Assembly: GCA_018664485.1 (NCBI GenBank)
Contig: JABJOE010000007.1
Span: 68,353-132,352 of the forward strand
Direction: 5' to 3'
From: Candidatus Uhrbacteria bacterium
GTDB taxonomy: Bacteria > Patescibacteriota > Patescibacteriia > UBA9934
DNA length: 64,000 nucleotides
Numbering within the stretch: position 1 is the first letter of the stretch; the number at the start of each line of letters is the position of its first letter. The position numbers were made by a program, and so were the translations under genes. Below the pieces are notes generated by a model. That model saw only the letters and a program-made list of their open reading frames with translations, was not told the origin of the DNA and made no database searches. Below, one piece after another: positions 18,527 to 29,319 of the stretch.

Positions 18527-21500
18527 CTACGGCGTAACGTAAATATAACCATCATAATACACCCATGGATCATAGCCCGTGGCACCGTCAGGATACCGTT
18601 CGAAGTTACAGGAATAATTACTTACCTGAGCTCCAGCTACACTCTCATCAAAACAACCTTCATCGTCATCACAGATTCCAGTACACCATCCCCAGTTATC
18701 ACGAACATGTACTTTCGGCTGATACACACATGAAATTTCATCATATGTACATGGACTTACCTCTAAGTCGTTTCGATCATTCTCCGTACAGGTTGGTAAA
18801 TCTTCTGGAGCCCAGCACCTATAAGTGTGGGAATAGTTGAATTCATTAGGATCGCAAGTGTTACTAGTCAATCCCCATGCAGTATCTAGATCACACTTAG
18901 ATAGGGTACTCGTGTCATCAGATCCATCATCTTCACCATCCTGCAGACCGCGGTGGTTTTTATAATAGTTAGCTGCATCATCTGATCCAGATGTATCTCC
19001 ATCACCCCAGTCCACAATGATTCTACGTATTGGCAATTGATTCTTGTCTGCTGCTGCAAAGAATTTTAATGTTGCTCGGTAATAACCTCCCTCAGCCTCT
19101 ATATCTCCTTCATTTGTACTGTTAACTGTTAGTGCATCATCCTCATCCTCGTGACAATATTTCGTTCCACAATCCTCAGTATCCACTGACCAGACAGTAG
19201 GCGCCGATCCATATGTCTCACGCACATCACTTCCTGCGTCGTCACCTATATAATCACTTAGTGTTGTACCAGAAGCTCCTAGCTCCGTATCTTCATCCGC
19301 ACCATCACAATCCCCGTCACATACCTCAACGTATGACCCTTCAATAGTGTCATAATCCCCTATTTCTTGCTCTGGACCCTCCCAGTACCAAACACCTTCA
19401 AAATTAGCAAAGATTGAATTCATGCGGGTAATAACGGTACTCACACTATCACTCGTATCCCAACCGATGCTTGAGAGATCAAATGCAGGACCATTCAACT
19501 GAACAGTAAAGTCTGCATACGATCTAGCACTTGGGTCATCAGAATCCGTACTGTACGTATAGTCACGAGCGCTACATTCGCTACCAGCACCCGTTGAAGG
19601 TACCAACTCATAACAATCTCCAGTTCCGGTACCAGCATCCTCACAACAAGCAGGAATACGTACTGGAGCTAATCCAACCGGCGTACCATCGTCATCGTCC
19701 AAATCTACAGGATCTATGGAGGCACCATAAGGACCAGGTGAACTTTCTAGATCGTAACCAAGAGTAGAGATAGTTGTATCATAATTCGTTGACCACAATC
19801 GATCAGTCCAAGCAGCATTCTCACCAGGTCCGTTAGAAGTTTTAATGATCACCGTACAAGCCGGATATTTAAGAGGGTTGAGATACGCTTGGTAAAAACC
19901 ATCCCCGCCATCTGTACAACTTGTATTGCTAGAACATCCGCTCTGATATCTTAGATTGTCATACGTATCATTATCTGTATCACGTGGAACTCCCGGAATA
20001 GCACAGCGCTTCGCCTCATCAGCTACCACGTCAAAATTACCATTTAATGCATACACCCTATTAGTATGCCCATCATAATTCGCACTCCTTGTGTCATACG
20101 AAGGACTTACACCGGCGCGGTCAATAATACTATCAATATCACATTCACCTCCCGTATCAATATCTTGCGATCCATACGGTACACATACATAAGGGCAATC
20201 GTTCGCTCCTCCATGGTCACACTGCTCAGCATAGTTACCACTTCCATCAAAACTTTTCTCACACTTACCCATAAGTGCGAAATACCCATCATTACAAACT
20301 GCATTATCATCACAGTTCAAGTAGTTCTCACTACTTCTACTTCTACAAACTTGATTACCGTGTGTTTCGGCACAAGAAATAGACTCTGTTGAATATCCAG
20401 ATACCGACTGAGTAAATCCATGTTGAGTAGAGTTACTTGTATAGAAGTCCATGTATAGCTGAGTGTACCCACAATAGTAAACCTCCTCGGTATACCCTGC
20501 CCCTGAATACTTCGCATACAAGTCAGTCGCACCAGATACCTGATCAACCGGGAACCATGTCACACACGCACCCAGAACTTCATCTCCATTAATGTTCATT
20601 CCTGTGTCGCGCTCCAAGCAATATCCTTCGAGTCCGAAGAAGTCCTGAGATCTCGTTATCTTGTCACAGTTTCCAATATGACCATCTGCTCCGTAAGATC
20701 CATCTGACACAAATGAATCATCATAGTATCGGCAGTCATCATCGTCCCCACATAGCGCTCCGGCAACCGGTGAATCGGAAGAACAAACACCATTAACATT
20801 TATATCGCCTAGATCTGTTTCGTACGCTACGAATTGATCTCCGGATGTTTGGGTACCGACTCGAACATATGAACATTCACATGTTTCACCCGGCGCACAG
20901 GTTTGCGCAGACGAGAACCCTGCCTTCCAAGATGACGGAAGCATTCCTCCATAATAGTTGTCTGTACCAATAGTTTCGCCGTCAGCCGCGATGTCATCCA
21001 ATGTTAGTTGCTCTTCGGTTGTTTCAAGATCTACTACAGTACCACCACTCGCTGTAGTAGTCGCTGTTGAATCATCAGTATGTGATCCATATCCAAGATA
21101 AGACCACTCTGTCACCACATCAATTGTAAACGGACTGTCAGCTTCTGGTTGCGCTCGGCAATATGCATCTTCCGTTACCTCTGAGTCGAATTGGTTTCCG
21201 TTCACCGCCAAGAAGCATGTTCCGCCATAACATGACCCTTCTTTCGCAGCAGCTGATCCGAAACATGTGGATTCTTCATCCTCGCATGTAAAACTAGTAT
21301 TACAATTACCTGTTTCATCCACACATGACCCGGCAAGACAAATATCAGTTCCACTACAGTCGTCATCTTCTTCGCATGTATCGGTTGACACTGTGTAACA
21401 GACTCCCGTAATACACGAATCGCCATCGATTTCACAGTCATCGCTTTCGGCACATGCAGATCCGGTGCTTTCACAATACCCAACGGTACAATCCTCTGAA

Positions 21501-24500
21501 TAATCTTCAGAACAGTTTCCGGCAGAGTATCCGATTTGGTAATCATTATCGCTTGTAAGTACACATCTTCCAGTATCCGTACTACCACCACTCTGACAGT
21601 ATGAGTCGTCTTCGCATGGTAGGCCGTGGTAAGTCTCCCATGGCAAATCATCTTCAGTATACTCATTACTCATGTCACAGAATCCTGCAGGTGGCGCTAC
21701 ATTCACCTGCGTTAAGTGCTGAATTGGGAAAATGTCTGGCACTGCATAACCTGAATACTCCTCTCCATACCAAGACACATCACGCGAAACATAGCGATCT
21801 GTATCAAACACGACAGCTGGATCGTTTGGATCCCACTCACTACACAATGAAGCGCTTGAGCTTCCGCCGTATTCTGTACACAAATCAATTCCGTCACAAA
21901 TAGTTCGATACTTTCCGGCATCTCCATCCCAAATAGTGTAGGAAGAAGAGCACGCAAGCCACTCAGAGCATGTACGGTCACGAGTAACCTTTAATACACG
22001 GTTTGAATCATTCTCAAGTCGATCGGGTTCAATAGCGATATTGACTTCATCTGTAAAACAGAATCCCGCGCTACTGTCGCCAGTATCTGTGTCATATGCA
22101 GGACAGTCTGAGTTATCGATACATGACCCACCGTACTCATATGCATCCGTAAAGTCTGGGTAGTCGGCTAAATCAAAGTCGGAATAAAGGAAACCTTTGT
22201 ACCAAGCACATCGTTGATCACACAAATCGATCTCGGTACCATCTGGCGTTACCATCAATGACGTAGCTTCCGAAGTACAGTCAATCGGATCAACAAGTGC
22301 GAATGCGCGATCACCATGCAATTCGTCAGCACGAGCGGACGAGATATACGTTGCAGATGAGTTGTAATCAGACGCCGTATCTCCAGCATCGTTAAACAGA
22401 GCACAACCAAGCTTTTGGCTGACCTGTCCATTACATTGCTGTGAAGACAATAGGTTCGTCTCATCAAGCGATGCGTTATCTATATAGTAGTAAGATTCAC
22501 CGTCTGTTGTTCCGTAAAATTCGTCATCATCGAAATCTAGGCGATCTTGGAATTCGGTACATGCTGAGTACTCAGGCTCACAAAGCCCTACCCAGCTATC
22601 AAATTCATCATCACCATTTCGCCAGATTCCACTTTCAGTTCCACCGACCAGGTATGTACCTGTGTCGACAGAACACTCTCCGTAACTTGTATTAGTAGTA
22701 GTATCGTAACAATCTGCGTCTGATGAACATGAAACTTCATCTGACCCATCAAGCTCTGCACAAACACCTGTTCCATAACAGAACTCGTTCGTACCATCTC
22801 GGAACCAACCGTCATACAACTCTCCATCAACCGTAATACTCGTCTTATATTCACAAGTATGTCCACCTGGGTTCTTGAAGTACCAAGTACCTTCAGATCC
22901 GGCATTCCATTCCTGACAGAACAATTCATCTTCTTCACAAAGAATGTCATCGTAACTATCTGGATCATTCATGAGGTATACAGTCTCCCAGCTATCTACA
23001 ACCGAAAGGTCTGCGCTAAACACCGGCTGTCCCAACTCCTCACAACCGTTATCTGCAGAGTTACATCGCACGGCATCTGTGACGATAGCGTAGATATCAC
23101 GATCAGCCTCAACTACCGTCGCATCTGGACCGTAATCTAGATGGAACATGTGAGCTTGTGTATCTAATAGATTCTCTGGAATGAACCAGTCTTCGAAATC
23201 GAACTCACAACTATCATCTCCGGCAATAATCGTACACAAAGCGGGAGATTCTTCATCGAATCCCTGACCGTCGTCGTCTATAAATAGATAACAACTTGTT
23301 CGCTCGTCACTCGTTGTAGGACTCTCCCAGTTTGTACCGTTACAATCCGAAGCCGATGAACATGCATCTCGTGATTCGCTACATAGCCCTGAATCACATG
23401 TCTCTACCTCATCAATATTGTTACACGTTGCATTGTATACAGTTATACCAGGCTCTTCTGACTCATTTGTCTGGTAGTACGCGTCACAACCAACCTTATC
23501 TTCATCACATAAAGTGCTGAAGGACTTCAAGTAAACAGTTTCAAAATCATGATCAGTGTACTCCTTACAACCAAGATGATATTGCGCAGACAATTCACCG
23601 TCTAGATTTTCATCACAAGATGCAGGAGTTACCCATGAATCTTTGATAACCGTAATATTGTCCTCCCCTTCTCGGAGAGTAACGTTGTCGATATAGAATG
23701 TTGATCCTGACGTTTCCGGCATGAATACCAACGATGTACCGTTTCCAAATTCTTCGTAGTCATCCTCGGTCATGTCGAGAGGTCCAACTGTATAGTGCTG
23801 CCAACCACTTTCAAGGTCGACATATGTTACCGCCTGACAATCGCTGTCGAGTGAACATGTAGTCGTACCGTCTGCAGAACACAAGCTGTCGCTACATACA
23901 GATCCGAATTCAGCCTCAAGTGCAATCGATGTTGAATCAAACTCCGTATCGAAACCAACGCTCAAGTCAGTAGTTCCCTTAGCCCAGAAGCTCAAGGTAT
24001 ACGTCTTTCCAGTAAAGAGCTGGTTATTCAACGTTCCACAGTAAGTATCTCCTTCGTCAACCGTACATTCACCTCCCAAGATGGATCCTGAGCTATCACA
24101 ACCTCCGTCAGTTGTACATTCAGCGGAACCGTATACATAAGTCCAAATATCCAAACCATCTGACCGGATTGAATGACCGTCTGTTGCGACTGATTCATTT
24201 GAAAGTAGTACGGATGTAGCGCTTGATGATTCCCAATCGGCAATCGTTCCACTTTCGAACAAATCCTTAAGTGCTACACGGCTATTTCCAGAGCTTCCAC
24301 CAGTATATTGGCGACAACCAGATTCTGTCTCCGAACACACAGTACTTTCTTCGCTATATCCAAAGTATCGGCATTCACCGTTGTCGTCATCGAAGAACCC
24401 ACCAGAACCATTACAGTTATCTTCTTGCTCGGAAGCGTCGTCGCCAACAATGTCAGTCTTTCGATACGCAACACAAGCGTTATTCACAGTTACAGTATCT

Positions 24501-27500
24501 GACCACTGACGGAAGTGAATTTCACCGTCAACATCGTAGAATTCTCGACAGTCTGGATTTTCAATAATATCAGCGTGAGAATCACAATCTTCAGTATCAG
24601 AATCTAGAGCACTGTCACCATCACTGTCATCGATACACTCTAAAGTCTCACCGTCAGTTGTTTCAGCCTGCCAAGTTGTACAAGGCGCAGCACCAGGGGC
24701 GTCATCTACTTCAGTGGAACCTGCATGCGTTATATCTGAATAACTATCCAAATCAGACTCTAGAAGCTCCCAAGTTCTCAACTGGTAACCTTCTTCATCT
24801 GATCCTTCCCATGTGTAGAAAGTAGCAGCACCATCGCTATCATCTGCCTGCTCTTCTGTGATACAAGCGCGCAAATATGTGTAATATTCTTTTCCTTCTG
24901 TAACTAAGTTTGTAAATTCGTCACAACCAACCGCATCTTCACTACATTGATCGGCGGTCTCTGGAATAAAGTAGATTGGGAACGCTCCGTCTGGCTCATA
25001 CAATGTCTCCTCCTGACGGAATGTGTCATACCCGGAACATTCTGACGGACATTCATCCAATTCAGTAACAACTGCTGTAACACCAGGATCTCCATTTGCC
25101 GGAGTGTAAAGCGTACAACCAGCTTCCTGCTCAGTACAAATTCCGGCATAGTCAGCACATTCGTCTGGATCACTCGCAGAACCGGTACATCCAAGGTAAG
25201 CCGGCGGCAAGATAACGGAATCAGTAGTGTAGTTACCTGTGTTGTATCCAGCATGATAAGACGATGCGTCTTCAGCCTGTTCTATTTGAACATCATCGAT
25301 CCAAACATCCGCACCTGAGAAACTTGTGATTGCGTAAATGTCTAAAGTTTTATCAGTAAGAATAGGTGTAGTGAACGTACACTCGAACCGTTCATATGAA
25401 GTTGAGTCTGGAATAGCGGTAGTATCTTCAATCAAAATTGATTCATACGTTGTACCGTCAGTATCAATGTCGGCAATACTACAGTCCCCTCTATAGCTCG
25501 TACCACTCAACTGAACCTGAGTACCATTTTCATCAGTAAGCCATACATACGCGTCAACACCGTTTGTATTCGCACTATCAGTCTGTGCTGCGTAGAAACT
25601 GAATGAATAGAACCTGCTTTGCTGAAGCGTTGTTCCATATTTGTAGAAACTACCAGAAGCACCTGGGCTAATTGCCGCATCTCCAGTACGTCCTACGTCG
25701 TTTTCTGTGTCATATGTGGCATCACTCAAAATCCATGTATCTGGCCACTCATCACTATTTGCATCCGTTTCAAAACCACCGTTTGTCATCATGTTAAGCC
25801 GAAGATCATCAGTACGTTCAATCACCTCTGAACATCCGCCAGAACCTTCGCTACATGTCTCAACATTAGCATTGAAGTAAATTCTATCCTTATAGACGTC
25901 TTCATCCTCATCTTCAGCCTCAACGCTAGGAATGGAAGGCCAGTCATATACATCTTCAGAATCAAGCTCCTTTACCGTCTCATACCAAGTACAACCCTGG
26001 TTATTAACGCTACAGTCTCCGTAATCTAAAGTATTTGTAAGGAAATCAACAGGAACATCGTCTACATCGGTAAACGACAAACAACTAGCGTACTGCTCAG
26101 GGCATTCATCCCCTCGGAAGCGCCAAATGTTTTTCTCACGTACACAATACCCATATCCACCAGTACAGTTTCCGTAAGCATCTTCTTGAACACAACTCTC
26201 AATATCAACACATTCTTCAGCGCGATCAGCTGTACCAGCACTCTTTAGAGTTTGTCCGTAAGCCAATGTTCGACACTGTGTATCTGGGAACTTCAATACC
26301 CAATCAGGATCGATAAGGTGACACCATGGGTGCTCATCATCCAATTCCCCATCGCTATTACACTGATGGAATCCATCCATGACCTCCTGAAGTGTAATCG
26401 GATCTGATTCAGAGTTTGCTGGTGATTCTACCGCTAGCTCCCAACCAGTTGAAATAACACGCGCGCGACGCATCTTTACTATATTGGAATGACAGAAACC
26501 GTAGGTGTAACATTTAGAATCTTGATCTCGAGCCGAATCTGCAGCCGAAATAAGTGGCCAGCCGCCATCGATGTAACCCTCTTCAACAGCCTCAATAAGT
26601 GTTAGCGGGGATCCGGCGTCAGCACGAGCAACGGCTGATGCAAACGACGTATCTATAGCACAGTTAAACAGCCCTGGTTGACTTCCGCGGAATGTAGCAG
26701 GACATGTTGAAAGTTCGGATAGTAATGAATAGTCCGTAATACTCAGAGGTCGGAAAGATAGAATATCCGAAAACTGCTCAGCAATTCGAGATGAATCGTA
26801 AGAAGAAGTTCCATCTGAATCAAACGGATCGTAATCAGAAGAATACTCAGGATAGCTTACCACCTCGTCAAAAAGACCTCCACGCCATCGACCCATTAAA
26901 GTCGTGATCAAAGTGTTTGTGAATATCGAAGCAGCACTTGATCCAATTCCAATAAGTGCCTCTGAGTTACTAAGCAACCCTATCGATATATCAGTTGGTA
27001 GAGTTTTTGCTGCGAACAATGATTGATACAGATCCGAAGACACAAATGACTGCGGCGTCAGTCGCGCTCCAGTAATCGGATCTACAACAGGCTTAAACCC
27101 ATCTGCTTCAGTATTTTCTTCAGCGCCAACAGTCGCCTCTTCAGCCGCTTGCTCAGTTGAAGTCATCAGGATTTCAAGTCCAGCTCCGATTTCGCTCACA
27201 CTTGGATCAAACCCTTCTGAAATAACGGAAAGAATCGCTACCGTCTTCTCCTCTGCTGTAATTTCTGAATCAAGAGAAAGTGTTGCAAGATAACCTTCGA
27301 AGTTTTTAGAAACCTCTGGAAAGTCACTCTCAGGAACTGCTGACTGTTGAGTTGATCTCAAACCAAGACGCATCGCCTGCAAGATATCTTCGTCATCCGT
27401 AAGATAGACTCCAAAATCCGGAAGAATACCACCGCTTGTAATATTATCAGGCACAATCCCATTAACTAGCTCGGCAACCACACCAGCCGCCAGATTGTCC

Positions 27501-27823
27501 ATGTAATCCTGCGTTGGTAGAGAGTTGTAGAGTGGGGCACCAGCATTTCCACCAGTTCCAACCCAAAGCGCTGACTCATAGGCAAACTTATTTGCCATGT
27601 AGCTAAGCAAGTTCAAAAGCGCCGCTGTAAGTGCCGCAATAAGCGCCTGCTTAATCACTGCCTTAACATTATCAACGATAACCTTTGCAGCATCACTTGC
27701 CACAACGTCTGGAGACAACGCATATACCGGCTTTGGAATACCGGCTACAAGTACAAAATTGAAAATCAGCGCTACAAGTATGAAGGCTGAACCAAGTCTA
27801 GATTTAAATCCTTTAGGAATCAT
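18527..27823 (-). CDS. giant secreted or cell-surface protein (3098 aa). It is Cys/Asp/Thr/Gly-rich with an N-terminal signal anchor and at least two CBM4/9-like carbohydrate-binding-type domains.
   Basis: A single uninterrupted 9297-bp ORF starts MIPKGFKSRLGSAFILVALIFNFVLVAGIPKPVYA. It has hundreds of Cys in short spacings (C-x-C and C-x3-C). Two segments match the CBM_4_9 pattern: NGGFE...W...RFYSFSFYAAQ...VWIDDVQIE and LFESGTIADWE...TYTLSFWAKG...FYIDNVTL. Only short antisense ORFs overlap it. Confidence 0.8.
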   Translation of the reverse strand: MIPKGFKSRLGSAFILVALIFNFVLVAGIPKPVYALSPDVVASDAAKVIVDNVKAVIKQALIAALTAALLNLLSYMANKFAYESALWVGTGGNAGAPLYNSLPTQDYMDNLAAGVVAELVNGIVPDNITSGGILPDFGVYLTDDEDILQAMRLGLRSTQQSAVPESDFPEVSKNFEGYLATLSLDSEITAEEKTVAILSVISEGFDPSVSEIGAGLEILMTSTEQAAEEATVGAEENTEADGFKPVVDPITGARLTPQSFVSSDLYQSLFAAKTLPTDISIGLLSNSEALIGIGSSAASIFTNTLITTLMGRWRGGLFDEVVSYPEYSSDYDPFDSDGTSSYDSSRIAEQFSDILSFRPLSITDYSLLSELSTCPATFRGSQPGLFNCAIDTSFASAVARADAGSPLTLIEAVEEGYIDGGWPLISAADSARDQDSKCYTYGFCHSNIVKMRRARVISTGWELAVESPANSESDPITLQEVMDGFHQCNSDGELDDEHPWCHLIDPDWVLKFPDTQCRTLAYGQTLKSAGTADRAEECVDIESCVQEDAYGNCTGGYGYCVREKNIWRFRGDECPEQYASCLSFTDVDDVPVDFLTNTLDYGDCSVNNQGCTWYETVKELDSEDVYDWPSIPSVEAEDEDEDVYKDRIYFNANVETCSEGSGGCSEVIERTDDLRLNMMTNGGFETDANSDEWPDTWILSDATYDTENDVGRTGDAAISPGASGSFYKYGTTLQQSRFYSFSFYAAQTDSANTNGVDAYVWLTDENGTQVQLSGTSYRGDCSIADIDTDGTTYESILIEDTTAIPDSTSYERFECTFTTPILTDKTLDIYAITSFSGADVWIDDVQIEQAEDASSYHAGYNTGNYTTDSVILPPAYLGCTGSASDPDECADYAGICTEQEAGCTLYTPANGDPGVTAVVTELDECPSECSGYDTFRQEETLYEPDGAFPIYFIPETADQCSEDAVGCDEFTNLVTEGKEYYTYLRACITEEQADDSDGAATFYTWEGSDEEGYQLRTWELLESDLDSYSDITHAGSTEVDDAPGAAPCTTWQAETTDGETLECIDDSDGDSALDSDTEDCDSHADIIENPDCREFYDVDGEIHFRQWSDTVTVNNACVAYRKTDIVGDDASEQEDNCNGSGGFFDDDNGECRYFGYSEESTVCSETESGCRQYTGGSSGNSRVALKDLFESGTIADWESSSATSVLLSNESVATDGHSIRSDGLDIWTYVYGSAECTTDGGCDSSGSILGGECTVDEGDTYCGTLNNQLFTGKTYTLSFWAKGTTDLSVGFDTEFDSTSIALEAEFGSVCSDSLCSADGTTTCSLDSDCQAVTYVDLESGWQHYTVGPLDMTEDDYEEFGNGTSLVFMPETSGSTFYIDNVTLREGEDNITVIKDSWVTPASCDENLDGELSAQYHLGCKEYTDHDFETVYLKSFSTLCDEDKVGCDAYYQTNESEEPGITVYNATCNNIDEVETCDSGLCSESRDACSSASDCNGTNWESPTTSDERTSCYLFIDDDGQGFDEESPALCTIIAGDDSCEFDFEDWFIPENLLDTQAHMFHLDYGPDATVVEADRDIYAIVTDAVRCNSADNGCEELGQPVFSADLSVVDSWETVYLMNDPDSYDDILCEEDELFCQEWNAGSEGTWYFKNPGGHTCEYKTSITVDGELYDGWFRDGTNEFCYGTGVCAELDGSDEVSCSSDADCYDTTTNTSYGECSVDTGTYLVGGTESGIWRNGDDEFDSWVGLCEPEYSACTEFQDRLDFDDDEFYGTTDGESYYYIDNASLDETNLLSSQQCNGQVSQKLGCALFNDAGDTASDYNSSATYISSARADELHGDRAFALVDPIDCTSEATSLMVTPDGTEIDLCDQRCAWYKGFLYSDFDLADYPDFTDAYEYGGSCIDNSDCPAYDTDTGDSSAGFCFTDEVNIAIEPDRLENDSNRVLKVTRDRTCSEWLACSSSYTIWDGDAGKYRTICDGIDLCTEYGGSSSASLCSEWDPNDPAVVFDTDRYVSRDVSWYGEEYSGYAVPDIFPIQHLTQVNVAPPAGFCDMSNEYTEDDLPWETYHGLPCEDDSYCQSGGSTDTGRCVLTSDNDYQIGYSAGNCSEDYSEDCTVGYCESTGSACAESDDCEIDGDSCITGVCYTVSTDTCEEDDDCSGTDICLAGSCVDETGNCNTSFTCEDEESTCFGSAAAKEGSCYGGTCFLAVNGNQFDSEVTEDAYCRAQPEADSPFTIDVVTEWSYLGYGSHTDDSTATTTASGGTVVDLETTEEQLTLDDIAADGETIGTDNYYGGMLPSSWKAGFSSAQTCAPGETCECSYVRVGTQTSGDQFVAYETDLGDINVNGVCSSDSPVAGALCGDDDDCRYYDDSFVSDGSYGADGHIGNCDKITRSQDFFGLEGYCLERDTGMNINGDEVLGACVTWFPVDQVSGATDLYAKYSGAGYTEEVYYCGYTQLYMDFYTSNSTQHGFTQSVSGYSTESISCAETHGNQVCRSRSSENYLNCDDNAVCNDGYFALMGKCEKSFDGSGNYAEQCDHGGANDCPYVCVPYGSQDIDTGGECDIDSIIDRAGVSPSYDTRSANYDGHTNRVYALNGNFDVVADEAKRCAIPGVPRDTDNDTYDNLRYQSGCSSNTSCTDGGDGFYQAYLNPLKYPACTVIIKTSNGPGENAAWTDRLWSTNYDTTISTLGYDLESSPGPYGASIDPVDLDDDDGTPVGLAPVRIPACCEDAGTGTGDCYELVPSTGAGSECSARDYTYSTDSDDPSARSYADFTVQLNGPAFDLSSIGWDTSDSVSTVITRMNSIFANFEGVWYWEGPEQEIGDYDTIEGSYVEVCDGDCDGADEDTELGASGTTLSDYIGDDAGSDVRETYGSAPTVWSVDTEDCGTKYCHEDEDDALTVNSTNEGDIEAEGGYYRATLKFFAAADKNQLPIRRIIVDWGDGDTSGSDDAANYYKNHRGLQDGEDDGSDDTSTLSKCDLDTAWGLTSNTCDPNEFNYSHTYRCWAPEDLPTCTENDRNDLEVSPCTYDEISCVYQPKVHVRDNWGWCTGICDDDEGCFDESVAGAQVSNYSCNFERYPDGATGYDPWVYYDGYIYVTP

Positions 27824-27845
27824 GTGATAATCGTAAGAAAAGTAC

Positions 27846-28538
27846 TTATTCTGCTTCGGCTATATCAATAGTTTCTTCAACAATAGCGTCAATCTCTCCG
27901 GATTCTTCCAAGTCGCCCAATACGGAATCATACAATGACTGCAAATCTTCATCAGAAATTTCAGAAAGCTGTTCTTCAGTTGCTCCAGCTTCTATCAAGA
28001 GACCGCGGATGTCATCAGGACCGAAATCTTTCAAAGCATCCGTTATGTCCTCCACCGCTTGTCCGTCTGTAGAGATAGAATCTAGATATGCAGACAAAGC
28101 TTCATTTTCAAGTCCAACTATCGAGTACTCATCTTCGCAGCGTCCACCCGCAGCACATGTCGGATCGGTACCTGCTTGAAGTTCTGTAAAATCGTTATCG
28201 CCGTCGCCATCTGTGTCAGCCAAGTACATGCTCGTTCCAAAGATGTAGAGCTCATCGTAGTCAGAAAGTAAATCACCGTCTGTATCTGATACTCTCTGGT
28301 CGGCGATCTCCTCTTCCCGTGCTTGATCTGAAGTTACAAACCGCTCACCCTCGTACTGAATATTAAAAGGATCAGACAGATGGTCGAAAAGATAAACAAC
28401 TCCCAAGATAATAGCGAGGAAGCCGCTTGCTACAACCAGAAAAAATCCAGCCCGTTGCTCACGTGTGAACGAAGGCTTTGTTTTTCTAATCTTTACGCGA
28501 TTGTCATGCACTTCAGGCATGCGACGAGCGATGCTCAA
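27846..28538 (-). CDS. membrane-anchored acidic protein (230 aa) with tandem DxDxDG-type (dockerin or thrombospondin-type-3-like) Ca-binding motifs
   Basis: TM helix GFFLVVASGFLAIILGVVYLF, with the motifs DTDGDLLSDYDE and DTDGDGDNDFTE. The gene is 22 bp upstream of, and co-oriented with, the giant gene. Confidence 0.55.
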   Translation of the reverse strand: MSIARRMPEVHDNRVKIRKTKPSFTREQRAGFFLVVASGFLAIILGVVYLFDHLSDPFNIQYEGERFVTSDQAREEEIADQRVSDTDGDLLSDYDELYIFGTSMYLADTDGDGDNDFTELQAGTDPTCAAGGRCEDEYSIVGLENEALSAYLDSISTDGQAVEDITDALKDFGPDDIRGLLIEAGATEEQLSEISDEDLQSLYDSVLGDLEESGEIDAIVEETIDIAEAE

Positions 28539-28559
28539 AAATAATTCTGCTCGCTCAAA

Positions 28560-29318
28560 TTATAACACAAAGTTCGATAACTCGACCCAATCGTCCACGG
28601 ACATATCTTGGGCACGAATATCCTCTCGAAGGTTAAGCTTGCTCAAAGCCTCCTTTACATCTTTAGAACTAGCTATTTTTGCTGCGTTTATATTTTTATG
28701 AAGCTGCTTTCTACGTGATCCAAAGCCAGCAGAGGCGAGAGCTATGACGCGCTCAGGGTCTTCCACGCGAGGATCGACGTCAATACGGATAACGCTCGAC
28801 ATAACATTAGGTGGCGGCTGGAATGAACCCGGTTTTACATTCATAACACGTGTCGGCGTGCCATAAAGTTGGATCGCGACAGACAACACGCTCATATCAG
28901 TTCCAGGTTTTGCCATCATCCTATCCCCCACTTCCTTCTGCACCATCACAACAACTCTCGTAGGACGTACAGTCGTGTTAAGAGCGTTCATAATGATAGC
29001 GTTTGCAGCATTGTATGGAAGGTTTCCAATCAATGTCCAAGGACCATCACCGACATGCTCTTTAAAATCCACCTGAGTTGCGTCGGCAAGTACAACGTTA
29101 GCTTTCGGAAATCGCTCATGCAGATCATCTATAAGGTCTTTGTCTGCTTCAACTAAAACAAGTCCATCCTGCGGAAGTTGCACTGTAAGCGCACCACGAC
29201 CTGGACCGACTTCAACGACAGTGTCACTATTGCCAATCTCAGCTGCAGCAACAATCTTCGCTACAAGCGATTCATCTTTTAAAAAATGTTGTCCGAAAGA
29301 CTTTTTAGCACCCTGCAT
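28560..29318 (-). CDS. rsmA: 16S rRNA (adenine1518/1519-N6)-dimethyltransferase RsmA/KsgA
   Basis: MQGAKKSFGQHFLKD...VVEVGPGRGALT...GNLPYN are classic KsgA motifs. Confidence 0.85.
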   Translation of the reverse strand: MQGAKKSFGQHFLKDESLVAKIVAAAEIGNSDTVVEVGPGRGALTVQLPQDGLVLVEADKDLIDDLHERFPKANVVLADATQVDFKEHVGDGPWTLIGNLPYNAANAIIMNALNTTVRPTRVVVMVQKEVGDRMMAKPGTDMSVLSVAIQLYGTPTRVMNVKPGSFQPPPNVMSSVIRIDVDPRVEDPERVIALASAGFGSRRKQLHKNINAAKIASSKDVKEALSKLNLREDIRAQDMSVDDWVELSNFVL

Positions 29319-29319
29319 A

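Noticed and set aside
18565-25831. About 20 short ORFs on both strands inside 18527-27823
   Set aside because: All are embedded in the single 9.3-kb minus-strand frame. That frame has consistent composition, a signal peptide and domain-like motifs, so these are shadow ORFs.
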